In this document: positions 39,321-51,228 of the stretch, piece after piece
How positions within the stretch are numbered: the first letter of the stretch is position 1
Layout: every line of letters starts with the position of its first letter
Assembly: GCA_038087875.1 (NCBI GenBank)
Contig: CM075988.1
Span: forward strand, 4,402,001 to 4,466,000
Direction: 5' to 3'
Origin: Malacoraja senta
Taxonomy: Eukaryota
DNA length: 64,000 nt
The notes under the pieces: generated by a model
The model's input: only the letters and a program-made list of their open reading frames with translations
Database searches by the model: none
What the model was told of the DNA's origin: nothing
Made by a program: the position numbers and the translations under genes

Positions 39321-42172
39321 ATGTATAGTGGATGAAGATGGAGCCACACACACATATGTGATAAGATTGTGGGGAATGGAGTCAAACAACATGCTTGGTA
39401 CAGAGGCATGTACAAGCAAATGGAGGAGATGGATGGTGATACCTGCTTCAGCTTCGAAAAGTCCCACTCTAAAAGTGTGTCTAAGGTTAGTATGGATTAA
39501 CTCCAAACAGGAATCCAAACATGGCTGTGTGCCGGGACCCCATGCTGAATGCATGAGGGTAAGCAGTGGACGTTTGCCTCTAAAATTGCTGCTCAGTCGC
39601 TGATTGCTGATCCATCCAGAGAAATCCAAATGAACACCTGACTATTTGGGTCACAATTGATTCAATTAAGTGACTCTGCCCAGGGAAAAAACGGTAGAGC
39701 TAATTGGCAGCTGTATCAAGCTAATTGAGGCATTAAGGATACATTAGTGTCATTATAATAGACCTCTGCAGTTATCAGTAAAGACTATGCTAATTTGCAA
39801 TGGTTTCACCATGTGTCCAGGAGTTATAGCAAGGTAATGCTTGACCAGCCTTCCATGATTTTGCAGATGAATGTCAGTGCACTCGGGTGGGGTGTCACGG
39901 ATACGAGTTTCAACTGTGGAGGCAGATGGACTGAGCAAGAGGCATCGTTTCTGCAGACATGGGCAATTAAATATTAAGAGGTTTTAAGGACAAGGCTTAT
40001 TGCTCTAACAAATGTATCTGCATGTTCAGTTTCAGATTGACAATACAACGCAAGTGGCATATATATTAATCACATCGGTGGAATCAAGTCGGTAATTTGT
40101 GACAGATTGGCTAATCAAATTTGGGCCTGGTGCATTGGAAAAGATATTTCAGCTATTTATCTACCAGGTAGATTCTATATAGTAGCAGCCGCCAAGTCAC
40201 GAACATTCCATGACAACATAGATTGAATGTTCAACAAGGAGGTGTTCAATAATATAGTACTTGTATATGAATGCCAGATATCGATTTGTTTGGCATCAAG
40301 GTCAACCATCAGATGCCTAAATAGGTTTCATGAAAACCAGACCAGGTGGCAGTTGCAATTAATACTTTGACATTGAGGTGGTGTGTATATATATTTCCTA
40401 CCATTTTGCCTAATATGTCGGAGTCTGCAAGAAATCAAGCAGGATGCCACTTTGGGGGTGCTTGTAATACCTAATTGGCCGAATCAAGCATGGTTTCCCT
40501 TTGATGTTACAGTTAGGGATCCAACCTCTTTTTGGTGGTTCATAAGCGTAGGAATTGACTGGAGCATCCGCTAACATGGGAAAGTCATCTGTTATGTGAT
40601 TGTATTGACTTGTTCATTTGCAGGTTTTTAAGAAGGCCATAACTGGAGCAAGGACTGTCTGGGTTTATGGTGGACATGCTCACTGTAGCCTGGAGAAAGA
40701 GTACTCAAAAGGGGTATATTACTTATGTAAAAAAATGGGAGCAATATTGTGTACAAAATAATATTGACTGTAATACTACAGGTATTGTGGATATTTTAGA
40801 GTTCCTGTTGACCCTCTATGATGATGAGGGGCTCAGTTATAGCACCATTAATACAGCTTTAAGTGCTTTGTCATCCTGTGGGTTGGATGGGGTCAGGAAA
40901 GATCCTATTGAGTTTCATCATATCATAGCTGGATTGATGAAAGGAATTTCAACTCTAAACCTCCTAAACGCAGGTATATGGCGATCTGGGATGTAAGTGT
41001 GGTCCGCAAGATGTTTCGACATGTCTCTGGCATGTCGCTGGCATGTCTCTGAATTTGCCAAACTAATCATGAAAGGGGTTATGCTCTTGGCATTGGTTCA
41101 GCATAGCAAGTGCAGATTTTGAAAAAACTTCTAGACAGGATGGAAGTTGCTGAAGAGAATGTTATGTTATATAATTGCGTACTGCTTAAGCAGAGCAGGC
41201 CAGGTGTCACAGGTTTGTTAAAATTGTATTTCAGCATAACCTACTGATTCATGTTTATGTGTAATGGCACATTTATTTTCATTATATTAAAGCTATAAAG
41301 ATCTTAAGGAATGTGGAAACAGCATTGTTTATCAGTTACATGAAGCCACACAGGAGAGTGTCAGTGCAGACTATCTCAAGGTGGTTTAAAGCAAATGTTG
41401 ATTAAGGCAGGTATTAACACTGAAGTGTATATATCCATTTTCCACTAGAGCAGCAGCAATGTCGTCGGCTAGGACGATGGATGTTCACAGCGGCCATATT
41501 TTATAGGTGCCGGGTGGTCAAATGAATTATTTTTAAAAAATTGTTTTTACCATCGGCCGATCGGAGAGAGGCTGTTTGCAAATTCAGTATTAAGTCCTGT
41601 TTAGTTCCTCTGGGATAGACGGGTTACTGTTTGTTTTGATGATTCAAATCAATTGTTATTGCATGATATTACCATTTCATGTTTAAGGCATTATTGATTG
41701 TTTCTCATCGAAAATCAATCAATGCAGTGAGGCTGGGATTTGGATCTGCGGCATAAAATCACAGAGCTTTGAAATCTTCACGTAGTCACTCACGTGACTC
41801 TGAAGTAAAATAGTAAGATTAAACGAGAACTTACCAGTTTGAAGTTTGATCTTTATTTTATGAGGAGTTACTGTAGATGATATATGCATGTGCCTTTAAC
41901 ATAGTGACCTCATACCTACTAACCACTCCCCATATCACAAGTATAACTACAACCTCCCCACCCACAGATCGCTCTCTAGTTCCTGTGACAGACCACGTAC
42001 AGCTAGTGCAATATGTAATGCTCCAGTATGAATAAAGATAGTAAAGTAGCGATGCCTCGTTATAGAGTCTTTACATGGTGTCAGACCACTTACCTTGCGC
42101 CTCCTGTCTATCGGTTTATCATTTAATTTTGTCCCAGTTTTTTTGTTTCCCCCGCCCTCCTATTTCTTTGTT

Positions 42173-43970
42173 ATGGCCTCTTCTGCCCGTAAGCCTGATG
42201 TGCTCGTTTTCGATTTAGACATCGCCCTTCGATGGGACGTATTCAAACGTGACTTTGAACACTATGTCACGATCGCTCATCCTGCCGCCACCGCTGATCT
42301 CAAAGCCTCTCTGCTTCTCAACTTGGCTGGTCCCGAGGCCCTGACTCGCTCTGACTTCTTCGTCTACGCTGCTGGAGAATCAGCTCAGGACCCGGTATGT
42401 CTGGTGGCTAAGTTTGATGCTATTTGTGATATCCCAACAAACTGCATCTTAGAACGTTTTAAACTGTTCGCGCGGCATCAGCTCCCTGGGGAAAATGCTG
42501 AGAACTATGTCTCTGCGCTGCGCCACCTGGCCAGGCGCTGCCGCCTCCACACGTTGACCCCCGAGGAGATTATCAGGGACCTTCTAGTTTACGGTCTCCA
42601 CGATGATAAGCTCAGGGCCGAACTTCTGCGCAAGCCGGATCTGACTTTTAACGATGCGATGCACGCCACTCGCTTAGCTGAAGCTGTCACCTCGGCGGTG
42701 TCACCGGCTGAACAGGCGATTAACTTTGCCAGCACTCCCAGTCATCTGATGAACACGCCCCGGTCGCGGCCCCCGGGGTCGCTCGCTGCTCGAGGGGGAC
42801 GTGCCCCGGGGTTCGGTACTGCTCCCGGGGGAGGTACCCGGGAAAGGTGCCCTAATTGCAACTTCACCACTCATCAATACAATGTGTGCCCTGCCTTGGG
42901 TAGAACGTGTAATGTCTGCAAGAAATTGAACCATTTTGCTGCGGCCTGTCGCTCCCGTGGGAAGCCTGTCGCTGCTCTGAGGGGAAATTTAAACAACCTT
43001 CTACAAACTGATAGTGAGCTCAGCTCCCAGTGCTATTTCGATGAACAGTCTGTTTCTGCATCCGACTCCTCTCAGGGGGAGAACAGCTTGTATACTGTGT
43101 TGGGCGCACCTGCTTTGATAACGGACCCTTCTGTGCGAGTCACTGTGAACAACTCGACCTTCACTGCTAAGATTGACACGGGGGCAGTTGTGAACGTAAT
43201 GTCAACATCTCTCTTCAAACAGATAAGGACTAATGAGCAGATTTTTTCTCAGAACTCAACCTTGCATGCCTACGGGGGGGAGATTCTTACTCCTGTGGGC
43301 AAGGCCACGCTACGCTGTAAGATACTAGAGACCTCTCGGCCCCTCACCTTCTATCTCCTCGATCAAAAATGCATTCCCCTGCTGGGCATCCGGGCATGCC
43401 AGGAAATGAGACTAGTATCCTTCCACCGTGACATCCACCAGGTGCAGGCCCTCATGGACCCGCTGGCCGATTATCCCGACCGCTTTGATGATGAGCTAGG
43501 CAAACTACCCTGCAGCTACAAGATTGTAGTGGACCGTAAGATCGATCCAGTGGTCAATGCTCCTCACCGTGTCGCCTTCGCCATGAAGGACAGAGTGGAG
43601 TCGACACTACACAGTATGGTACAAATGGGCATCCTAAAGGCGGTCATCGAGCCCACAAGGTGGGTCTCTTCCATGGTTGTTGCTGCGAAAAAGGACATGA
43701 GCGAGATGCGCATCTGCATCAACCCCAAAGACCTCAACCTGGCCATTAGACGCCCGCACTACCCCATGAGAACGGTAGAAGAAGTCGCTGCACAGGTTGG
43801 TCCGGCAACGGTTTTTTCTGTCCTCGATGCCAAAAGCTCCTTCTGGCAGATACCACTGGACGAGCAGTCGTCCATTTTGACAACTTTCGCCACCCCCTAC
43901 GGGAGGTTTCGGTTCCTCCGAATGCCATTCGGAATCAACTCTGCCAGCGAGGTATTCAATCGGACAATGG
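42173..43970 (+). CDS. Gypsy gag-protease-partial RT (single reading frame)
   Basis: Zinc knuckles CPNCNFTTH and CNVCKKLNHFAAAC; protease IDTGA; RT LDAKSSFWQIPL..YGRFRFLRMPFGINSASEVF; stops short of YxDD. Confidence 0.9.
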
Positions 43971-44856
43971 CAGCCAGTTCACGAGCTCCGAGTTTAAAGC
44001 GTTCACTTCCAGATGGAACTTCCGCCATTTCACCAGCAGCCCGGAGTACCCGCAAAGCAACGGTCTGGCCGAGCTTGCCGTCCGCAGCGCGAAGCACCTG
44101 CTGGAACAGTGTGGTGGCATTAACTCCGACTTCCATCTGGCCCTCCTCAACCTCCGCAACATTTCCCGCGACTCTGCCATGGGTTCCCCTGCTCAGCGGC
44201 TCATGTCTCGCGCTACCAGGCTCCCGCTCCCAGTGGCCCAGCGCTCCCTCATACCCTCCGTCCTCCCACCTGCGGCGGTTCAGAAACGCATTGCCTTCAG
44301 GCACAATGTCCAAAAGCGTTCCCATGACAGGTCCTGCCACCCGCTGCCGCGCCTCTTCCCCGGTCAAGTTGTCCGTATGCAGACCACTTCCGGTCACTCC
44401 AAGCTCGCCACCGTCGTCGGCTCTGCGGGGTCGCCCAGGTCTTATCTCGTCGACCATGCGGGAGCCATTTACCGACGGTCCCGCCAGCACCTTCGGCTCG
44501 TCAACGAGCCGCGTCCTCCTGCTGCGGATCCCTTTGCTCCCCCACTGCCGGCTTCGCGTCCGGGCGTTGCTCTGCCCGTCCTTCCTAACATGCAACGTTC
44601 TGCACCTCCTCAACTCCTTCCGTCCCACCCTGCTCCGACTAGTCCTCGCTCGCCTGCCCGCGCACTGCCCGCTCCTGATCCCGCATCACCTCCGGGTTTG
44701 GTGCCGCGGTCTCCTCCGTCTCCTCCCGTTTCCCCGTTTCAGGTTCGTCTGTCCTCATCGGTGCCTCTTCCTCCTGCCGGAAGGGAGGATGGCGAGACGC
44801 GAACCCGGTCGGGACGTCTTGTCAAACCGCCTGTCCGCTATGGCGATTTTGTTTAA
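43963..44856 (+). pseudogene. Gypsy integrase core and C-terminus, out of frame with the upstream ORF
   Basis: DNGSQFTSSEFKAF..WNFRHFTSSPEYPQSNGLAELAVRSAK..LLNLRN..SPAQRLMSR..TRSGRLVKPPVRY. Confidence 0.9.
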
Positions 44857-47743
44857 CCATTCTAGCGCATGAGCCGTGGTCGCCCTGTCACCATTGTATT
44901 TGCCTGTCGATTCGGAGGGGAAGGATGTAGATGATATATGCATGTGCCTTTAACATAGTGACCTCATACCTACTAACCACTCCCCATATCACAAGTATAA
45001 CTACAACCTCCCCACCCACAGATCGCTCTCTAGTTCCTGTGACAGACCACGTACAGCTAGTGCAATATGTAATGCTCCAGTATGAATAAAGATAGTAAAG
45101 TAACGATGCCTCGTTATAGAGTCTTTACAGTTACGTTGGTGATTACGTGCCCATCACGCCCAACCCTCTCTCATAAAAAAGGTTGTATGGTAGTTCTCAT
45201 GTTGCTCATCTTAATATGTTACTTCAATTATTGTGTTGTCTGTGATTTCATTCCGCTGCTTTGAAGATTGACGCGCATGCGCCCTGACGGTTCTTCTTCA
45301 CGTAATCACCAACGTAACTCCTCATAAAATAAAGATCAAACTTCAAACTGGTAAGTTCTCGTTTAATCTTACTATTATTGTGTGCAGTTCTGGTCAGTAC
45401 ACTGTAGAAGGAAAGTGATTGTGCTGGAGAGAGTGGAAATTTACTAGAATATCGTCTGGATTGGAGGACGATTTAAGGCGAGGGATTTGGAGGATTTGAT
45501 TTAAGGAGAGAGATTGGATAGGATTGGCTTCTTTTGGAGTCAGGGAGGCTGAGGGGTGATGTGTAAGCTTATGAGAGACAGCGAGGCAACATGCTCAGTA
45601 GAGAGCATATTGACTGGTTGCAACATGGCCTGGTTTGGCTACTTGAACGCCCGGGAACAAAGGAGACAGCAAACACTGGTGAACGTCCATCACGGTTACT
45701 GACCTCCCCACCATCGAAGGGATTTACAGGAGTCACTACCTCAAAAAGACAGCCAGCGTCATTAGAGACCCACACCACCCTGGCCATGCACTCATTTCAC
45801 TCCTGCCATCGGGAAGAAGATGCAGGAGCCTGAAAACTGTAATATCCAGGTTCAGGAACAGCTTCTTCCCAACAGCCTTTAGGCTATTAAACACCTCAAC
45901 CTCCAAATAAGCTCTGAATTACATAGACTTGGGGGCATTGGTTTTGTCTTTTTACACTATTATTGTTTATTTGATGTGTGTGTGTGTATGTATATGTGTG
46001 TGTGTATGTATCTATGTACTGAACTTCTTTTTGCTTATTATATTGTTTACCTATTCTGTTGTGCCGGTACAAGAATGTTATGGTTGTGTTTGGGACATAT
46101 AAAACACTCTTGACTCAAGAGAGGCAGCTGATCAAAATCCCTTTGCTTAGATAATGGTATTAAACATAAGAGGAGGTAGGTTTAAAATGAGAGCTATGAG
46201 ATTTAAAGGGGATGTTAAAGGGTAATTTTTTTGCAGGGGAGATGATATCTTGAATGCTCTGCCAGAGAAGGTGAGGGTATCAGATGCAATTGCTATGCAT
46301 AAGAGACATTTAGACAGACACTTGCTTGGGTGAGGCATTGAAAGATATGGATCTAATGCAGAAGAATTGGATTAATATAGATGGAATAAAAGGTCAGTAT
46401 GGACATGGAAGGGGGGTGAGGGTGAGGAAGCAGGGCGGGGGGTGTGAAGGGATGTACAACTCTATGAGTCTGTGAATGGAGTTATTCATCGAATAGTGAA
46501 AGGCTTGGATAGTGTGGATGAGGAGTGGATGTTTCCACCAATGGGAGTGTCTAAGACTTTCACCTCAGAATTAAAGGATGTCCCTTTAGGAAGATGAGGA
46601 AGAATTTCTTTAGTCAGATGATAGTGAATCTGTGGAATTCATTGCCACAGAAGGCTGCGGAGGCCAAGTCAATGGATATTTGTAAGGCAGAGATAGACAG
46701 ATTCTTGATTAGTACGGGTGTTAGGGGTCACGGGGAGAAGGCAGGAAAATGGGGATAGTGAGAGATAAATCAGCCATGATTGAATGAAGGTGCTGACTGG
46801 ATGGGTTGAATGGCCTAATTCTGCTCCGACCACTTATGACCTTATGAGTCTGATATGGTGGTGATCATTGGTTATTTCAAGTGTGTCCAAATGGCCACAA
46901 AGAGGAGTCTGCTTCCTGGCTCTCACTGTCTCTGTAGTGATTTGGGACAAGAGAGTGCATAGAACACAGAACAATATAGCCCAGGAACAGGCCCTTCAGC
47001 CCACAAGGTCCATGTCAAACATGGTGCCAAGTTAACTTAATCCCCTCTGCCTGTGTGTGCTCCATATCCATCTTTTCTCTACATTTCTATATATCGAGAA
47101 GTCTCTCAAACGCTATTCTTGAATCTGCCTCCACCACCACCCCTGTAGCACATTTTAGGCACCCACCACCCTCTGTGTAAAAAACTTGCCCCGCACATCT
47201 CCTTTAAACTTAGCCCCTCACACCTCCTGCTGTGTCCTCTGGTCTTAGATATTTCCACCCTGGGAAAAAGGTTCTGACTGTCTACCCTATCTATGCCTCT
47301 CCTAACTTTATATACTTCTATTGGGTCTCCAGAGAAAACAATCAGTTTGTCCAAACGTTCTCATGTTCTCAATGCAAGTAGTCCATGCACATGAAGATAG
47401 ACACAAAGTTCTGGAGAAATACAACGGGTCAGGCAGCATCTCTGGAGAAAAAGTATGAGTGGCGTTTCAGGTCGGAACCCATCTTCTGGCTCATTATTTT
47501 GCTTAATTCTCAAATGCTCCCTCAAAAAGTGAAATATTCTTTTAACCCCCTTTCTCTCTGCTGGAAGGTATGATATCGTGGAATTCCCTCTCTGAATATT
47601 TGAATCATTTGTGTGCATACAATCTCTAGTTACAAATGGGATTCTAATTCAGGGTTAATGCAGCAATCATAGGGCAGATATAGCAATTTTTTTTTCATGC
47701 ATCATAAAATCTCATGAATAATGGCCAGAATATAAGAAACAGT

Positions 47744-48072
47744 GGGCAGCATGGTGGCGCAGCGGTAGAGTTGCTGCCTTACAGCACCAGAGACCCAGGT
47801 TCGATCCTAACTATGGGTGCTGTCTGTATGGAGTTTGTACATTCTCCCCGTGACCTGCATGGGTTTTCTGCAAGATCTTCGGTTTCCTCCTACACTCCAC
47901 AGACGTATAGGATTGTACGTTAATCGGCTTGGTATGAATGTATAACTGAAAAGTTGTTCCTCTTGTATGTAGGATAATGTCAGTGTGCGGGGATCGCTGG
48001 TCAGTATGGACTCGGTGGGCCAAAGGGCCTGTTTCTATGCTGTATTAGTAAACTAAATTAAACTAAACTAAA
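47744..48072 (+). mobile_element. Full-length V-SINE (HE1-like); further copies at about 130-295, 5500-5715, 17765-17935, 28930-29048, 30878-31160, 31205-31385, 49612-49885, 50648-50902, 61340-61650 and 62590-62922
   Basis: tggcgcagcgg A box, ggttcgatcc B box; tail gggccaaagggcctgtttc..gctgta shared with CR1 3' ends; (aaact)n. Confidence 0.85.
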
Positions 48073-50049
48073 CAGAAATGTAAATAGGATTGAAAGCTCT
48101 GGGCTGCAATGAGTGTATTTATGGTAACTATATTAGGGCCTTCACTTGGTTTACTGAGCAGTAGGATGACTATGACACTATGACTCTAATAGCTTGAATA
48201 TCATTTGATTTACCTCTGGATATGCCCTTGAGATATGGTTGAACTTCAGAGAGTCTAATTGACTTTCTGATTGGTCTGAGTACAACCAATTAATCTTAGA
48301 TCACATTTTCGTTTCCAGGCACTGAAATCAATCTTGTGGATTGCCATTGTCGGAGTAAAATTATCAGAGCTTCAGGAGTCAATGCAGGAGTTCCTTGTGG
48401 TAACATTCTTGACTCGTCTATCTTCAGCTGCTCCATCAACAACGTTCTCTCTGTCATCAGGGTGAAGTAACATTCACACCAGATGATAAACCTGCACAAG
48501 AGAAAGTCCAGTCACTATTTAATGATCCCCAGTGTCCACACTGAGTCATTGCCTTCAATAGATTGGGTGTCACCACAACCAGAGAGCAGTGCTGAACCTA
48601 TCTCCCTCACTGGCGACCCTCGGACTATCCTTGATCGGACTTTGCTGGCTTTACCTTGCACTAAACGTTATTCCCTTATCATGTATCTATACACTGTAAA
48701 TGGCTCAGTTGTAATCATGTGTTGTATTTCGAGAGCATGCAACAAAAGCTTTTCACTGTACCTCGGGACAGGTGACAATAAACTAAACTGAACTGAACTG
48801 AACACCAGGGAGTTGTTGATAAAAAATAACACATCGTCACCGGGGACAGGGCAAAGTGTGACATCTATGATGGGTGGCTCATGTCCTGATCTAGCAATGT
48901 GCAGCAGTCCACCATGAATAAGACATCAAGAGTGTACTGAAATAGTAAGTTTAATTTATTGTCACGTGTACCGAGGTAGAGTGAAAAGCTTTTGTTGTGT
49001 GCTATCCAGTCAGCGGAAAGACAATCCTTGACTGTAATCGAGCCATTTATAGTGTATAGATTCATGATGAGGGAATAATGTTCAGTGAAACCCAGCACAG
49101 GATCAGTCCGATCAAGGATAGTCCGAGGGTCACCAATGAGGTAGATAGTAGTTTGGCACTGCTCTCTGGTTGTAGGAGGAGGATTTAGTTGCCTGATAAA
49201 ATAAAGCAACTTATTAAAATTAAAATAAATCGGTCAATGGTTGAGGATGGTTCTCCTTCAAGGAATAATGTTCTTTCGAGTCTGATGGTGCCAAATTTGG
49301 CTGATCTGACATTGACCACCTGCTGAAACTTGGACATGTTTGGCCAGGTGGGAAGGCTACCTGCATTATTTTCCAGTAACTATTTTGTGCAGGATGGAAC
49401 TGCAGATGCTGGTTTAAACCAAAGATAAACACAAAATGCTGGAGTATCTCAGGCACCATCTCTGGAGAGAAGGAATGGATGACGGTTTGGGTCTAGACCC
49501 TTCTTCAGACTGTTTCTATGACATGGTTTTTCCCAGTGAAGTTACTGTAATGTGAAACACATGGTTAGTCTCCATGGCAGAGTGGCTTGGTTGCTAGTGC
49601 CACTCAACTCTAGGGCAGCACGGTGGCATAGTGCTAGAGTTGCTGCCTCACAGCGCCAGTGACCCGGGTTCGATTCTGACTACAGGTGCTGTCTGTATGG
49701 AGTTGTACGTTCTCCCTGTGACCTGTGTGGGTTATCTCCAAGTGCTCCGGCTACCTCCCACATTCCAGAGTCAAGCAGGTTTGTAAGTTAATTGGTTCTG
49801 CAAAAAATGGTCTCTCGTGTGTGGGATAGAACTAGTGGGTGATCGCTGGTCGGCACGGACACGGTGGGCTGAATGGCCTGTTCTCGTGTAGGAAGGAATT
49901 GCAGATGCTGGTTTACACCGAAGATAGACACAAAATGCTGGAGTAACTCAGCGGGACAGGCAGCATCTCCTGATAGATGGAATGGGTGACGTTTGGGTCG
50001 AGACCCTTCGTTCAGACGGGTTTCAAGTCTTGGGTTTAAAATGTTCAGT

Positions 50050-50077
50050 CTGAAGAAGGGTGTCGACCCGAAACGTC
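50050..50077 (+). ncRNA. Minimal type I hammerhead ribozyme core in a pLTR-derived short element
   Basis: CTGAAGA-A-GGGT(GTCG)ACCC-GAAA-CG-TC. Confidence 0.65.
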
Positions 50078-51228
50078 ACCCATTCCTTCTCTCCAGAGAT
50101 GCTGCCTGCCCCGGCCAGTTTCCGTGCTATATCTCTACAGTCTAAAATCTAATGCCACTGAATTTTATGACCACAGTCACTGCCCCCAATATTCTTCCGT
50201 CTACCCTATGGGGTGCACACACTGAGTATGTGCTCACCCTCAATGTCCCCATTGTGCTCTGGTCCAATCTTTGTGAAACATTGCAACAAGTTGCCAAAGT
50301 TACTTCACGCTTTCAAATTATAACATTGAAAGGACAAGATCCTATCTTAAGGACTTGTTGTGAGAACATCACCACAATGTTCGCCTTCAAATCCAATCCC
50401 ACTTTCCCCTTGTTGTGTCTTTGCCATCACTAAGTAATCAATGTCTTGAATTTCCCCAGAGAAGCCAGAATAACCCTTGACACAGACAGTTAGTAGAAAG
50501 CTTGCCAGCACTCCCTGGTGTGAGTGTCTCCTGCAATCTTGCCTGACTCACTCGTATCAGGATATAATAAAGCATGCAGCTTAATGGAAGGCTTTGCCAA
50601 GCTGATAGCTTCAGGGGGCCACAGAGATCACAAATGGAAAGAATCTTAGTTTAGTTTTGAGATACAGCACGGGAACAGGCCCTTTGGCCCACCGAGTCCG
50701 TGCCGACCAGCAATCCCCGCACATTGTCACTACCCTACACACACTAGGGCAGGAAACGAAGATCTCGGAGCAAACCCACGCGGTCACGGGGAGAACGTAC
50801 AAACTCCGTACAGACAGCACCCGTGGTCGGGATCGAAGCCGGGTCTCTGGCGCTGTGAGTGCTGTAAGGCAGCAACTCTACCGCTGCGCCACCGTGCCGC
50901 CCTGTCTAGTTCTTTACTGATATATGTGACTGGCTCACCCATTCCTTCTCTCCAGAGATGCTGCCTGTCCCGCTGAGTTAGTCCAGCATTTTGTGTCTAT
51001 CTTTGGCTGAAAGGAAAGTTACTTGACTGTAGTTTCTAAATTTGCCCTGCATGAGGGAGCAGATCGAAAGTGGAGGACATCTCGATGTAGCACAGAAACT
51101 GCTGGGATCCTTGACACAGTTTACATGGCCAACTCAGCTTTCCCTGTCCTCTACATGATCCTTACTCTTTTTTCACATTACACCTAGCCATGTACACTGG
51201 CACTATCACTCAATCACATACAAAACCT

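Larger units (their letters stand above)
41872..45129 (+). mobile_element. Ty3/Gypsy LTR retrotransposon, internally deleted, very young
   Basis: 204-bp LTRs TG..CA at 41872-42075 and 44926-45129 (1 mismatch seen); TSD gttac; PBS tggtgtcaga 42076-42085; PPT ggaggggaagga 44914-44925. Confidence 0.97.
37393..45376 (+). mobile_element. DIRS retrotransposon copy 2 (degenerate), carrying a Gypsy insertion in its ICR
   Basis: Left ITR at 37393; RNase H (gacaatacaac = DNTT) and methyltransferase remnants; YR N-terminus AWRKSTQKGY..LSYSTINTALSALS; ICR 41776-41871 plus 45135-45152; right end ..aatcttactatt; host CR1 cacacttag/attgtgtgcagttctgg. Confidence 0.88.

Noticed and set aside
40667..41520. 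Phage integrase or methylase as bacterial/phage horizontal transfer
   Set aside because: Normal DIRS components between DIRS ITRs
42095..44872. 925-aa ORF as a complete gag-pol or a domesticated host gene
   Set aside because: Lacks YxDD and RNase H; residues after about 43970 are an alternative frame of integrase; flanked by young LTRs
47744..47820. tRNA genes at the many A/B-box sequences
   Set aside because: They are SINE heads continuing into the V-SINE body; no complete cloverleaf
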